From positions 1 through 53,691 of the IMG/VR virus record IMGVR_UViG_3300044580_000365: DNA of 53,691 bases; one strand, written 5' to 3'. The notes beneath the pieces are model-generated. The model searched no databases and was not told the DNA's origin. It was given only the letters and a program-made list of their open reading frames with translations. The stretch comes from a virus. Taxonomy: Duplodnaviria; Caudoviricetes. The translations under genes and the position numbers were made by a program. Positions 25,814 through 35,755 of the stretch are shown in pieces (the first letter of the stretch is position 1; each line of letters starts with the position of its first letter).

Positions 25814-26563
25814 TTATTTCTTTAATTTACAATTATCATTATGAAATCTATTTAAATGACTCATTTTCATTTCAGCCCCGCAATATTTACATATTCCAGT
25901 AGGCATATTTTCAAATGGATTTTTTCCTAATTTAGCATTTCTCATTTTATCTTTTGTTTCCTCGGTTATTCCTTTTTTTCCTTTATTCCAAGGAATTTGT
26001 CCTTTGTGAGAATCACTTAATACTTTTCTCTCTTCCTCCGTAGCCTTTTTCCCTAATCTATAAGTATTTCCAATATGTTTTTGACCAATTATTTTTTTGG
26101 TTTTTTCAGAATGGGTCTTTCCTAAATGATATGTATTTCCTTTGGCTTTTTGCCTCATTTTTTCACAAAAATCATCAGACATTTTTAGCCCTTTATTCCA
26201 TGCTTTCATTCCCTTTAATGACTGAGACATTTTAGATAATGTTTCAGCAGATATACCATTTTTAACTTGATGTCCTCCCCTCCAACTTATATTATATCCT
26301 TCCTGGGAAACATGAGTTCGATGAAGTCTTATATATTTTTCCTGAGCATCAAAAGCTTCTTGTTTTGTTGGAAAAAATTCTAATATTTCTTTTTGAAAAT
26401 TTTCTCGGCCATATTTTTTAATAGCTTCTAATATAAGCAACCCACTTCCCAAATAACTTTTAGTTTTTCTATCATCTAAATTATTAGTAGAATGATCCCC
26501 GATATATTGTTTGCCATTAATTTTATTTTTTGTTAAATAAACATAATTAATTTTTTTATCCAT
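25814..26563 (-). CDS. GIY-YIG homing endonuclease (Seg-like) with NUMOD3 repeats
   Basis: YVYLTKNKINGKQYIG, YLGSG..AIKKYGRENF and GYNI motifs, plus repeated WNKG/HSEKTK units. Confidence 0.9.
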   Translation of the reverse strand: MDKKINYVYLTKNKINGKQYIGDHSTNNLDDRKTKSYLGSGLLILEAIKKYGRENFQKEILEFFPTKQEAFDAQEKYIRLHRTHVSQEGYNISWRGGHQVKNGISAETLSKMSQSLKGMKAWNKGLKMSDDFCEKMRQKAKGNTYHLGKTHSEKTKKIIGQKHIGNTYRLGKKATEEERKVLSDSHKGQIPWNKGKKGITEETKDKMRNAKLGKNPFENMPTGICKYCGAEMKMSHLNRFHNDNCKLKK

Positions 26564-26605
26564 TTGATATATATTTTTATATATATCATCGTTTTAAAAC
26601 TAAAG

Positions 26606-28258
26606 TTAGCGTTGTCTGCTGAGATAGGGAGCAGAGAATCGAAGGTCAGCGTTGTCTCCTATGATTAATTGATCAGCATCCTTTGAAAAATATGATAATA
26701 ATTCAAGAGGTTGTTTTTCTTCTTCTATTGTTGTCGTAAATAGACGAATATTAGTCATAAGAGAATCTGATCTATCAAGAGTGTACTGATCCACCACAAC
26801 TTCTTCAGGGGTTAAATTAATAGTTTTATAGAATACTTTTACAAGTTTATCTCCGCTTCCAGAAACATTTGGCTTCCAAACATAAGCATTATATTGCCCC
26901 CATGTATTTCCTATATTAACTATTATTCCATACCATGAATTATCTAAAAGTCTGGTACTCATTGGAATAACTCTTTCTTGGGAGCCATAAAGAATTTTAA
27001 TATATTGATTTGCAATAATATTAGCCTTAAATCCATGATTTTGTTCATTTATTCCATCTAAAAGATTGATAGGCTCCTGTATTTTTGCCTTATAATTTCT
27101 CATAGAAGCCCAATTTGCATTCAAAGAATTTAAATAAGCTTCTACATCCTCATCTATTTTGCAATAATATGTCCCCGTATTAGAATTGTTATCATCAATA
27201 ATTTTTGCATAAAAATTTAAAGCACCAGGTCTTGAAATAGTAAATACATCATCATTAAAAAATCTTTTTGATGTCGAGGTTAATTTTATAATATAATTAG
27301 CTGGGGGAGTTAATGTTCCATTTTTTTCTATTAATTCCACATCATATTCTTTAGCAGCAAAATTCTTAGGCATTACCCATGAAGTAAGAGCTCTATCAGA
27401 AGTAGTTGTAATATGATCTGAAGCATTATATCTTACTGCATTAAATAAAGCAGAGCTTTTCATTTCATATAATGACTGAGCAGCAATAATTCCATTAATG
27501 TCAAGATTATAATTTACTGTTCTTAAACTTGGATCAAGTGTTTTGTAAATATCTTGAGATGTTGAACTGAAAGCAGATGTTTGTTTCTTATCTGTAAGTT
27601 TTTCAATATTATCTTGAATAGCTTCTCCAAATAATTCTTGTTCTCCAACTGTATATTTGTCAATAGTTTCTTTGAGAGCTTCTCCTTCTCTTCGTGAAGC
27701 TTCTGGCTGATATTTTCTTAAATTAACTACCCAAGTAGTTTCCTGCTCCATGAATCCCCTTTTTAAAAAAGATGATTCTACCTGATATAATTTATTTGGA
27801 AGAGGAAGATAAACGATGTCCTTTTTCTGAGGAGCTGTTCCAAATCCGACGGTAGTTTCCCAATATTTTTTATCAATTTCAATTTGTGTAGGTAATTCGT
27901 ATTGTAATCCCATTAAATCCATTTGATATTTACTATCGGGAAAACCATTTGGGCCGACAACTACTTTTAAGCAAACTGGTGTATCTTCAACACAGGATAA
28001 AGTGTATTCCTGAAAAATAACATCCTTTGATCTTTGCTGAGGGACAGCACGAAACCATCTAGCATCAATCCCAAACATTTGATTTGCAACACTATTTAAA
28101 GTATTATATGTTTGAGCTGCTGCAAGAGCAAGGTTAGGATTAAAAATATTCAAAGCATCTTCGGAAAGATTTACTTGAAGACCTCCGGTATTTTGTCCTT
28201 GACTTCCTGGAAATGCTCCGCTAACCTGTTGTTCTTGAGGATTCGTACAATCTGCCAT
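26606..28258 (-). CDS. Neck / head-completion protein (T4 gp14-like) with a C-terminal extension
   Basis: DVIFQEY and IDKKYWE..GFGTAPQKKDIVYLP..NKLYQV pattern; beta-rich C-terminal domain. Confidence 0.65.
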   Translation of the reverse strand: MADCTNPQEQQVSGAFPGSQGQNTGGLQVNLSEDALNIFNPNLALAAAQTYNTLNSVANQMFGIDARWFRAVPQQRSKDVIFQEYTLSCVEDTPVCLKVVVGPNGFPDSKYQMDLMGLQYELPTQIEIDKKYWETTVGFGTAPQKKDIVYLPLPNKLYQVESSFLKRGFMEQETTWVVNLRKYQPEASRREGEALKETIDKYTVGEQELFGEAIQDNIEKLTDKKQTSAFSSTSQDIYKTLDPSLRTVNYNLDINGIIAAQSLYEMKSSALFNAVRYNASDHITTTSDRALTSWVMPKNFAAKEYDVELIEKNGTLTPPANYIIKLTSTSKRFFNDDVFTISRPGALNFYAKIIDDNNSNTGTYYCKIDEDVEAYLNSLNANWASMRNYKAKIQEPINLLDGINEQNHGFKANIIANQYIKILYGSQERVIPMSTRLLDNSWYGIIVNIGNTWGQYNAYVWKPNVSGSGDKLVKVFYKTINLTPEEVVVDQYTLDRSDSLMTNIRLFTTTIEEEKQPLELLSYFSKDADQLIIGDNADLRFSAPYLSRQR

Positions 28259-28289
28259 TTATTAATAATTCTTTCTTTATATATTCAAT

Positions 28290-28312
28290 AAAAAAGAGCT
28301 CGTTGAGCTCTT
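28290..28312 (-). terminator. Intrinsic terminator
   Basis: AAGAGCTC-aac-GAGCTCTTTTTT on the minus strand. Confidence 0.65.
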
Positions 28313-28550
28313 ACCATCTATTATCATAGCATATTTCGTCTATAGATTTAGTTTTTATATCCATAAAGCACCCGCACAAAGAACAAATTCTCATAGTTGA
28401 TTCGAAATAAGGGCATTTTTCACAAATTTCAATTCTTCGTTTTGCTTCGGCCTTTATTTTTTCTCTATAGGATTTTGAGATATAATACCAAGCCCATTTT
28501 GCATATCCTTTTAGTATATGCTTAAATATCCTTAAGATTTTCTTTACCAT
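28311..28550 (-). CDS. Small Cys-rich metal-binding protein
   Basis: RIEICEKC...CSLCGCFMDIKT...C..NRW. Confidence 0.7.
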   Translation of the reverse strand: MVKKILRIFKHILKGYAKWAWYYISKSYREKIKAEAKRRIEICEKCPYFESTMRICSLCGCFMDIKTKSIDEICYDNRW

Positions 28551-28837
28551 TTTTTTAATCTACAAACATAATTTAATCCATCTTCTAAAATAAAATTGAA
28601 TGCTTTTCCGTTTTCATCCAAAGGCCAAATAAAAGAAGATTTTGGCTTCATCATACATCCGCAAAGTTTACATTTTCCTTGATTCGTAAATTCTTTACAG
28701 CTTTGACAAAAGGATAACCTATAATTGGAGATATTGTCTAATTCTTCTTGAGAAACAGGATCAAAAGACCTTTCTAATTTATTTGTTTCTTTATTATATT
28801 TTAATCCTGTAATTTTAAGCGGAATTTGATTTTCCAT
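28544..28837 (-). CDS. Small Cys-rich metal-binding protein (paralog of 28311..28550)
   Basis: RLSFCQSC...CKLCGCMMKPK...C.LKKW. Confidence 0.7.
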   Translation of the reverse strand: MENQIPLKITGLKYNKETNKLERSFDPVSQEELDNISNYRLSFCQSCKEFTNQGKCKLCGCMMKPKSSFIWPLDENGKAFNFILEDGLNYVCRLKKW

Positions 28838-28847
28838 TTTTTATGTT

Positions 28848-29858
28848 TTAAATACGACAACTCATTGTAACTCCAGATGTAGGGCTAGATCCATATAGCG
28901 TTCCTCCAGTTCCAGTGGTTCCAGCAGCTGCTGATAAGCTTCCTACCCCTGAACCAGAAGTTTTTCTATAAAAAACGACAACTGTACCACCGCCGCCTCC
29001 TCCGCCACCTCCTGAATCAGCTCCATACATAGTAAATCCATTACCTCCATTACCTCCTTTAGCTTCAATTGACCCGGCATTATTTATAGTATAAGCATAA
29101 ACACAGCATACTCCCCCTCCAGCACCTCCGCCGCCACCATTCATATAGCAGCTGGAAGCTGGATACCCCCCATATTTTCCATCTCCGCCTAAACCTGCAT
29201 AAACCCAAACACTCCCTCCTTGAGTTGCTGCCTGACCAGATACTCCATCATCTACTTGTCCACCACCACCGCCACCAGAGCCAGCTCGATAAAAAGGAGG
29301 AGGACTATATGCTGCACTAACAGAATAGGATCCATAAGTTGCTCCCATATTTCCCGTAGTTCCTGCTCCATAAGCTTGGCCCCCGTCTCCTCCATATCCG
29401 GGAACCCCAAATTCAGGATGAGTACTATATGGGGCAGTTCCTCCATAACCGCTGGTGGGGCTTGGATATCCATCATATCCATTTCCCCCATTACAACGAA
29501 TATATCCTCCTGAATTAATAGTTAAAGTTCCTCTAACTCTTAATACATATCCATTTGTATTAATAATTCCTCCACTATTAATAGTTAAATTATTATAGGA
29601 TCTATCTGAAATTAATGATATTTCAGAACTAAGAGTATAATCCCCTAAGTATCCATCCCCAAATAAGCCTACAATTCCTGTTCCCGAAGCATCCGCGCCA
29701 GACATACTTTGACTACTTAAAACCCCGGAAGCATCTACCACAACCATTTTATTAGCTCCCGATGCAGAAGAAACCCTTATAGTTCCGCTTACATCGACAG
29801 CAAAATTAGAAGTCTCATCCCCTCGATTAATTGTTATTTGTGGAGTAATTAATCCCAT
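28848..29858 (-). CDS. Glycine-rich virion appendage protein
   Basis: Poly-Gly tracts; shares the GLFGDG.LGD.TL...YNNLTINSG core with two neighbours. Confidence 0.7.
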   Translation of the reverse strand: MGLITPQITINRGDETSNFAVDVSGTIRVSSASGANKMVVVDASGVLSSQSMSGADASGTGIVGLFGDGYLGDYTLSSEISLISDRSYNNLTINSGGIINTNGYVLRVRGTLTINSGGYIRCNGGNGYDGYPSPTSGYGGTAPYSTHPEFGVPGYGGDGGQAYGAGTTGNMGATYGSYSVSAAYSPPPFYRAGSGGGGGGQVDDGVSGQAATQGGSVWVYAGLGGDGKYGGYPASSCYMNGGGGGAGGGVCCVYAYTINNAGSIEAKGGNGGNGFTMYGADSGGGGGGGGGTVVVFYRKTSGSGVGSLSAAAGTTGTGGTLYGSSPTSGVTMSCRI

Positions 29859-29870
29859 AAATTACTTATT

Positions 29871-31481
29871 TTAATAGCACATACTATCAGAATTACAATA
29901 TATATTTGCTGCACCTGATCCCCCAATATTTACGGTCCAAGCGGCGCTCTCCATGCTACTTCCATAATATGAAATCCACACAGTTGTATTCCCCGCCGAT
30001 CCAGAATACTGACTCAAATAGAAATTATTTTGTGCATAGGCAGGGGTTATAGTCCATGGGCCATTTGCAGAAACATCAAAGGAATCATAATCGCAATATT
30101 GTTGAAAATCATAATCCCAAGAACTAAAAGCTGTACTTCCATAATATCCCCCTTGTCCTAATGTCAATTCAAGTGCGCTAGAATCCTGTGTAATATAAAC
30201 ACTTCTTCTTGGAACTAAACTATAATTTGAACAGTCCACATATAAATATCCTGATCTTGCTGAACCCCCATTTATTTGATCTGAACAATTGATTACAAAC
30301 GATCCGCTTCCCACCCCGGAAACAGTGGACGTTCCAGCCCAAGAAATAGATTCTGAAATAGTCCATACAACATCTTGAGGATCCGTTATTACTTGTATTG
30401 TTTGACCTGATGTAACTTCAGCAGGGAAATTAATACTTGCAGGATCCAATTGAATATCTGGATAAAATATTTTATAGCTTTGTGTTCTTCCATCAATTCC
30501 GTTTCCTCCACTAGATCCATAGGACCCGTAAGATCCTCCAGTAGCTCTTAGCGTTGGAAGAACACCGGATTTATTCGTCTGATAAAATAAGGAGACAGAT
30601 CCACCGCCGCCGCCACCACCGCCTCCTCCATAAACTGATGAAGAAGTATAATATCCGTTTCCTCCTCTACCACCATTAGCTTGTAAATAATTAGAAGTTG
30701 ATGTAACGCTTACATCTTTAGCAAATACAGTAACTATACCAGCTCCGCCTCCGCCTCCGCCTCCAGAAGCATATCCAGAACCTGTGGTTCCTGCTGTAGC
30801 TCCAATTCCTCCGAGATAACCTCCCCAGACGCTTCCCCCCGCTGTTGCCACGTAAACAGTTCCGGAAGTTCCCCCATGAGCTCCTCCCCCACCTCCTCCA
30901 GCACCAACTGTATAAATATGAGGGCCATATATAAATCCTCCGACGGTGGCTGATCCTGCACTTCCAGGAGCATAATTAGTTGTTCCCGATGCTTGTCTTT
31001 GACCTCCGTTTCCCCCGGTTCCAGGAGTACTTTGCCATGGATAACGAGCTGCACTCATAGTCGATCCCCCGCCTATTCCCCTTATACTTTGTGTAGCATT
31101 TTGACCAGCAGATCCATCGCAAGAAATGTATGAAACAGGTTTCATAGTTAATGTTTCAGAAACCCTAACAATATATCCAGCAGTATTTAATGTAGCTCCA
31201 GAGTTTAATGTAAGATTTCTATAGTTCATTTCCCTGGAAAGAGTATTCATTCCTGAAAGGGTAACATCCCCATCAGAGCCATCCCCCCAAATACCTACTA
31301 AATCTGTTTCGTCTATAACTCCGGGTATTGCAGATGTTGAAAATGTTCCGCTTGCATCAGTTACAATAATTCTTATCCCTGTTCCTTTTAAGGATTCTAC
31401 TTTTAAATTACCGCTTACATCAAGCGTATAATTTCCTAAAGATGAATTTCCAACTGATAATTTATCTGTTATAAGACCCAT
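29871..31481 (-). CDS. Glycine-rich appendage protein with two C-terminal BACON-like domains
   Basis: Same core as its neighbours, then WTISESISW..STVSGVGSGSFVI..ARSG and VSANGPWTI...LSQYSGSAGNTTVWI. Confidence 0.7.
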   Translation of the reverse strand: MGLITDKLSVGNSSLGNYTLDVSGNLKVESLKGTGIRIIVTDASGTFSTSAIPGVIDETDLVGIWGDGSDGDVTLSGMNTLSREMNYRNLTLNSGATLNTAGYIVRVSETLTMKPVSYISCDGSAGQNATQSIRGIGGGSTMSAARYPWQSTPGTGGNGGQRQASGTTNYAPGSAGSATVGGFIYGPHIYTVGAGGGGGGAHGGTSGTVYVATAGGSVWGGYLGGIGATAGTTGSGYASGGGGGGGAGIVTVFAKDVSVTSTSNYLQANGGRGGNGYYTSSSVYGGGGGGGGGGSVSLFYQTNKSGVLPTLRATGGSYGSYGSSGGNGIDGRTQSYKIFYPDIQLDPASINFPAEVTSGQTIQVITDPQDVVWTISESISWAGTSTVSGVGSGSFVINCSDQINGGSARSGYLYVDCSNYSLVPRRSVYITQDSSALELTLGQGGYYGSTAFSSWDYDFQQYCDYDSFDVSANGPWTITPAYAQNNFYLSQYSGSAGNTTVWISYYGSSMESAAWTVNIGGSGAANIYCNSDSMCY

Positions 31482-31484
31482 AAT

Positions 31485-32501
31485 TTATTGAATTCGATAA
31501 TATTTTGTAAGACCAGAAGAACCATTGCTTCCACCAGACCCCCATGATCCATAAGAACCTCCACTTGCTTGAAGAGTTCCAATTCCAGAGCCAGTTGTAT
31601 TTCTATAATAAAGTAAAACAACCCCGCCTCCACCGCCGCCGCCTCCACCGCCTTGGGTAGTAGAGTTATAATAATATCCATTTCCACCATTACCACCATT
31701 TGCATGAATGGTGCCAGCATTATTAATGGTATTGGCATAAATAATTATTTGGCCACCAGCACCTCCGCCTCCGCCTCCTCCGCATCTGGCAGATGTAGTT
31801 CCTATAGCTGTTCTTCCTGTCCCCCCTTGACCAGCAATCATCATAGTATAACTTCCTGTTGATTGACCAGGGTTAGTTCCGGAGCCATGGGTTCCTCCTC
31901 CACCTCCGCCTGTAGCAGCTCTAAGAATATAAGGAGTGCTTGAGATTGTTGTCGTATTAGCACCTCCGCCAATAGATCCAGATGTATTACTCGTTCCAGA
32001 AGAAGTATAAAGACCGCCAGTTCCTCCCGGTGTCGGAAAGGATCCAAAAGGATATGGATATGGGGAACTTCCTTTTAAATATGGTGGTTGACCGCCAGCT
32101 CCTCCAGATGTAGATGTTCCGTTTCCCCCATTAGTTCCATCGCAAGCAATATGCCCTCCCGAATTTATAGTTAAAGTTCCAAATACCCTTATAACAAAAC
32201 CAGCAGTATTTAAATAAACTCCTGAATTTATTGTAAGATTATTATAATTCATTTCTTGAGTTAATGTAATGCTAGCATCTAAAGTAGCATCTCCATATTG
32301 GCCATTTCCAAATAAACCATATATTGTTGAAGAACCTCCCCCAGAAATTGCTTGAGAACCCAATGATCCATCAGGGCTGACTATAACCATACGAGTATCT
32401 GCTCCTGATAATTCAGATATTTTAACATTACCGCTAACATCTAAGGTAATATTACTTAAAGAAGAATTTCCTATAGATACTTTGTCAGCTTTCCAAGACA
32501 T
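31485..32501 (-). CDS. Glycine-rich virion appendage protein
   Basis: Paralog of 28848..29858 and 29871..31481. Confidence 0.7.
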   Translation of the reverse strand: MSWKADKVSIGNSSLSNITLDVSGNVKISELSGADTRMVIVSPDGSLGSQAISGGGSSTIYGLFGNGQYGDATLDASITLTQEMNYNNLTINSGVYLNTAGFVIRVFGTLTINSGGHIACDGTNGGNGTSTSGGAGGQPPYLKGSSPYPYPFGSFPTPGGTGGLYTSSGTSNTSGSIGGGANTTTISSTPYILRAATGGGGGGTHGSGTNPGQSTGSYTMMIAGQGGTGRTAIGTTSARCGGGGGGGAGGQIIIYANTINNAGTIHANGGNGGNGYYYNSTTQGGGGGGGGGGVVLLYYRNTTGSGIGTLQASGGSYGSWGSGGSNGSSGLTKYYRIQ

Positions 32502-32504
32502 AAA

Positions 32505-33197
32505 TTAACTAATTTTAGATTTATAAGTCCAGGTACCGCTAACTCGTTTTTCGAATATTAAATCCCCAGTAGTAACTTCAATATACCATCTCCAACTACC
32601 ATTTTGACCTGGATTTCCTAAATAATAATATTGAGAACTTGAATCTACAATCATACTTCCATTTGTACTAACATCTCCGTTAACTCTTACACCCGAATTA
32701 GTAACTTCAAATTTTTCAGATCCATTATTATAAAGTGTCATTCCCCCTAAAGGAGTATATGAAAAAATATATTGATTATTTGAATCATCATATAAAGCAG
32801 AAAAATAACCATTAGTCATTAATGATAATAAATTATCAGCTGCTTTAATTTGTATACCAGCCCAGGATCCCGTGTTAGAGATTTCAAGAAGCCCAGGTCT
32901 ATCAGAAGCATCTTTTAATGTAAATTTATTATTAAGATATAAAGCTCCTGAAATACTAGCATCCCCCTTGACAGCAAAAATACTTCCATCAAATGTTAGA
33001 CCCGTTTCTGCAACTATAGATCCATCTCCTAAAGCTGTAATTATTTGATTATCAGACCCAACATTTCCAGACCCCCAGGCAACATCCCCGGTTCCCCCAC
33101 CGCCTCCTCCTCCGACAAATGGTTGATTCCATTGAAAGATAGAGCCATCAATATTTATGGATCCGTCTATTTCTATATGATTTACTGTGAATGCCAT
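32505..33197 (-). CDS. Tail-fibre-like protein
   Basis: AETGLTFDGS fibre motif; the C-terminal YLG.P..NGSWR..I...G.L..EKR.SG.W module is shared with 35756..37261. Confidence 0.65.
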   Translation of the reverse strand: MAFTVNHIEIDGSINIDGSIFQWNQPFVGGGGGGGTGDVAWGSGNVGSDNQIITALGDGSIVAETGLTFDGSIFAVKGDASISGALYLNNKFTLKDASDRPGLLEISNTGSWAGIQIKAADNLLSLMTNGYFSALYDDSNNQYIFSYTPLGGMTLYNNGSEKFEVTNSGVRVNGDVSTNGSMIVDSSSQYYYLGNPGQNGSWRWYIEVTTGDLIFEKRVSGTWTYKSKIS

Positions 33198-33228
33198 TTC
33201 AAATCATTTATTTTATATATTTCTGGGT

Positions 33229-33450
33229 TTACAATTTTGTAAACTTTGATTCATCACTAAAAAAGATCTCTGCACCGGGGCCATTATTCTCAATAAGAAA
33301 GTAGATTTCTTGTTCCAAATCTATCCCTGAAACTTCATAAAATTTACCTTGACTAATTACCATAGGAACCCTTGTATCCCCTCCTGGGAGAGTAAACAAA
33401 GCTTCAAAATCTTCATCAGCCTGTATAATATTTCCTATAATTAAACCCAT
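33229..33450 (-). CDS. Hypothetical protein
   Basis: Operon position; MGLI start like its neighbours. Confidence 0.55.
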   Translation of the reverse strand: MGLIIGNIIQADEDFEALFTLPGGDTRVPMVISQGKFYEVSGIDLEQEIYFLIENNGPGAEIFFSDESKFTKL

Positions 33451-33451
33451 G

Positions 33452-34609
33452 TTATAATACCATTAAATAAGTTACATTAGATCCGGAATAGGCAAGCCTC
33501 CAATTTGATTGTCCATTTCTAGAAAAATAAATTGTCTGATTATCTGTTCCGACATAAGCAAATCCTCGGCCATATTGACTAGGTTCAAAAGCCCCGCCAA
33601 TAGAAGGATCCAAAATTGTAAATAATTCAAAATCCGTTCTATCTTTTTTTAATTTATAAACTTTATTTTGATTTTGAGCATAAGCATAAACTTCATCATG
33701 GATAAAATCATTTCTAAACATCACGCTTGAAGTACCAAATGGAGAAATTACAGAATGCCAGTTAGCTCCCTGATCATTTGAAATAAAAATAGAAGAATCT
33801 GCTGCAGCATCATAGATTATTGCAGAGGAATCCCTTGTAATTGTCATTCTTGAATTCAAAGAACCAGGAAGAGCTGATGAAAAATTTACCCCATAATCAT
33901 TTGAAAAATAACAATATCTACTTCTTCCCCCATAATATGCACATACATATTGTCCTGTTCTATCACATTTGACTACAGTATGATCCCCTGAATCGCTTGT
34001 GCCAACGAGAACTTCAGTAAAATTTTCCCCATTATCAGTTGATCTATAAATTCTTTTTGTACTAGTTCTCCCTCCATAAATATAGCTAGCATCATCAGCA
34101 GAATCAAAATTGATCACATTGGACACACTCATAAGTGTTAATGTTTTTCCTCCGTCTGTAGTTTTCTTATTATAATTTGCCCATCCTCCGACATATCCGA
34201 CCCCATTTGTCTGATTCCAATGGGTATATTCTAATGTTGAAGCTGTTGTTGTTTCAGCTTCGCTAACCCAAGTATGTCCTCCGTCATTTGTTAAGAATTT
34301 TATACCGTATCCTGCACTAGTAGACCAGCTCCAAACCATGCAATCCTGTAGATTAGGGGAAAGATTAGTATTACTTCCTAATCCATTGGAACCTATAGCC
34401 GTATATTCAGCAGGGTAATAAGCTCCGACAGAAACATCTGCCCAATTTTTTCCTCCATCAATAGTATATTTCCCGCCAGCATAGGAATTTGATCCATAAA
34501 TAACCACGGGAAAATTAAATTCTCCTTGAAGAAATAATTGGCTCGAAACATCCTGTGAAAGAATAAGATAATTCGGGCTCGAAGGCTTTATTTTATAATT
34601 TAATCCCAT
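33452..34609 (-). CDS. BNR/Asp-box beta-propeller protein
   Basis: Six Asp-boxes: TIDGGKNW, TNDGGHTW, TTDGGKTL, STDNGENF, SNDYGVNF, SNDQGANW. Confidence 0.85.
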   Translation of the reverse strand: MGLNYKIKPSSPNYLILSQDVSSQLFLQGEFNFPVVIYGSNSYAGGKYTIDGGKNWADVSVGAYYPAEYTAIGSNGLGSNTNLSPNLQDCMVWSWSTSAGYGIKFLTNDGGHTWVSEAETTTASTLEYTHWNQTNGVGYVGGWANYNKKTTDGGKTLTLMSVSNVINFDSADDASYIYGGRTSTKRIYRSTDNGENFTEVLVGTSDSGDHTVVKCDRTGQYVCAYYGGRSRYCYFSNDYGVNFSSALPGSLNSRMTITRDSSAIIYDAAADSSIFISNDQGANWHSVISPFGTSSVMFRNDFIHDEVYAYAQNQNKVYKLKKDRTDFELFTILDPSIGGAFEPSQYGRGFAYVGTDNQTIYFSRNGQSNWRLAYSGSNVTYLMVL

Positions 34610-35754
34610 TATTGGTTAAATGTTAATGTAAATGTTTCTAGGAAATAATGTCCACCAGCAATAGCATTTCTGGATGTAATAAAAGTACTATTATCAATTT
34701 TGGTTATTCCAGAATGAAATTTTCCAGTATTAGCATTATGAACAAAAGATCCATCTAAAGTAAATGTAGCTTCATCATAGCTTTTTAAAAATCCATTTAC
34801 CCCTGTATAATCATCATTGCTTTCATTAATAATTTTTCCATTTATTAAATTAGAATAAATTCCAATATATGGAGAACTTACTTCATTTATTAAAGCTGGG
34901 TTACCTGTTCCTATATGAATTTGATGTTTAGTAATTTTGGATCCATTATAAGAAGAATAAAGATAGCCATTATCTTCAAAGGCGTCAAATAATAGATCCT
35001 CCCATACTCCGCCTACCGAAATATCATATCCCGTATCCGTTAAAACTCCTCCAGATATAGTTAAAATATCTGTATGAGCTACACTTCCATCAGCAACTCT
35101 CATGAGATAACAAAAGTCTTTTCCAGAAATTAATCTTTTATTATAACTCGATCCTGTATAAACAGTTGAAAAAGTTAAGGAACTATCCCTTGTTAAAGTT
35201 CCAGATGAATCGGTTGTATAAGAATAAACTTCAATAACTGAATTGGAAGCTCCATTTGCAGCTTGAATTAATTTTCCTTGACAGGATCCTAAATATCCGT
35301 CTGTTCGTGGAATTAGAGGAAAACTATTGTTTTTCCATAAAGAAATGGATCCTGTATTCGGATTTAAATAAAAAGAAGATATTGATTGTCCTACAGATTT
35401 TGTAATAAAAACCATACCATTTAATGAGGTACATCTGGTAGGATAAGAATAAGCTATTGAAGAATCATAAGTCATTTGGCCAGCTGCATCTATATCAATG
35501 GTTCTTAATACTTCGGTTCCGCCGATACCTGGTTGATAATATTCAAGATAATAATTGCTGTAGTATCCATTCATTGGAGTTGTTCCGCTATCCCCTATAG
35601 AATCATCCAATGTAAATAATGTATAATAGGTAGGAATGATATAAATTGAAGGTTCACCAAGTAATAATTTATTTGAAGACACTCCCTCCCCGCCAAATAA
35701 GAACATCTTATTTGAATTAATACTTTGTCCTGATAATTTTAATCTATTAATCAT
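34609..35754 (-). CDS. Beta-rich (propeller-like) virion protein
   Basis: Repeated strand-turn pattern (G.L/M...DSS); located in the structural operon. Confidence 0.55.
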   Translation of the reverse strand: MINRLKLSGQSINSNKMFLFGGEGVSSNKLLLGEPSIYIIPTYYTLFTLDDSIGDSGTTPMNGYYSNYYLEYYQPGIGGTEVLRTIDIDAAGQMTYDSSIAYSYPTRCTSLNGMVFITKSVGQSISSFYLNPNTGSISLWKNNSFPLIPRTDGYLGSCQGKLIQAANGASNSVIEVYSYTTDSSGTLTRDSSLTFSTVYTGSSYNKRLISGKDFCYLMRVADGSVAHTDILTISGGVLTDTGYDISVGGVWEDLLFDAFEDNGYLYSSYNGSKITKHQIHIGTGNPALINEVSSPYIGIYSNLINGKIINESNDDYTGVNGFLKSYDEATFTLDGSFVHNANTGKFHSGITKIDNSTFITSRNAIAGGHYFLETFTLTFNQ

Positions 35755-35755
35755 A

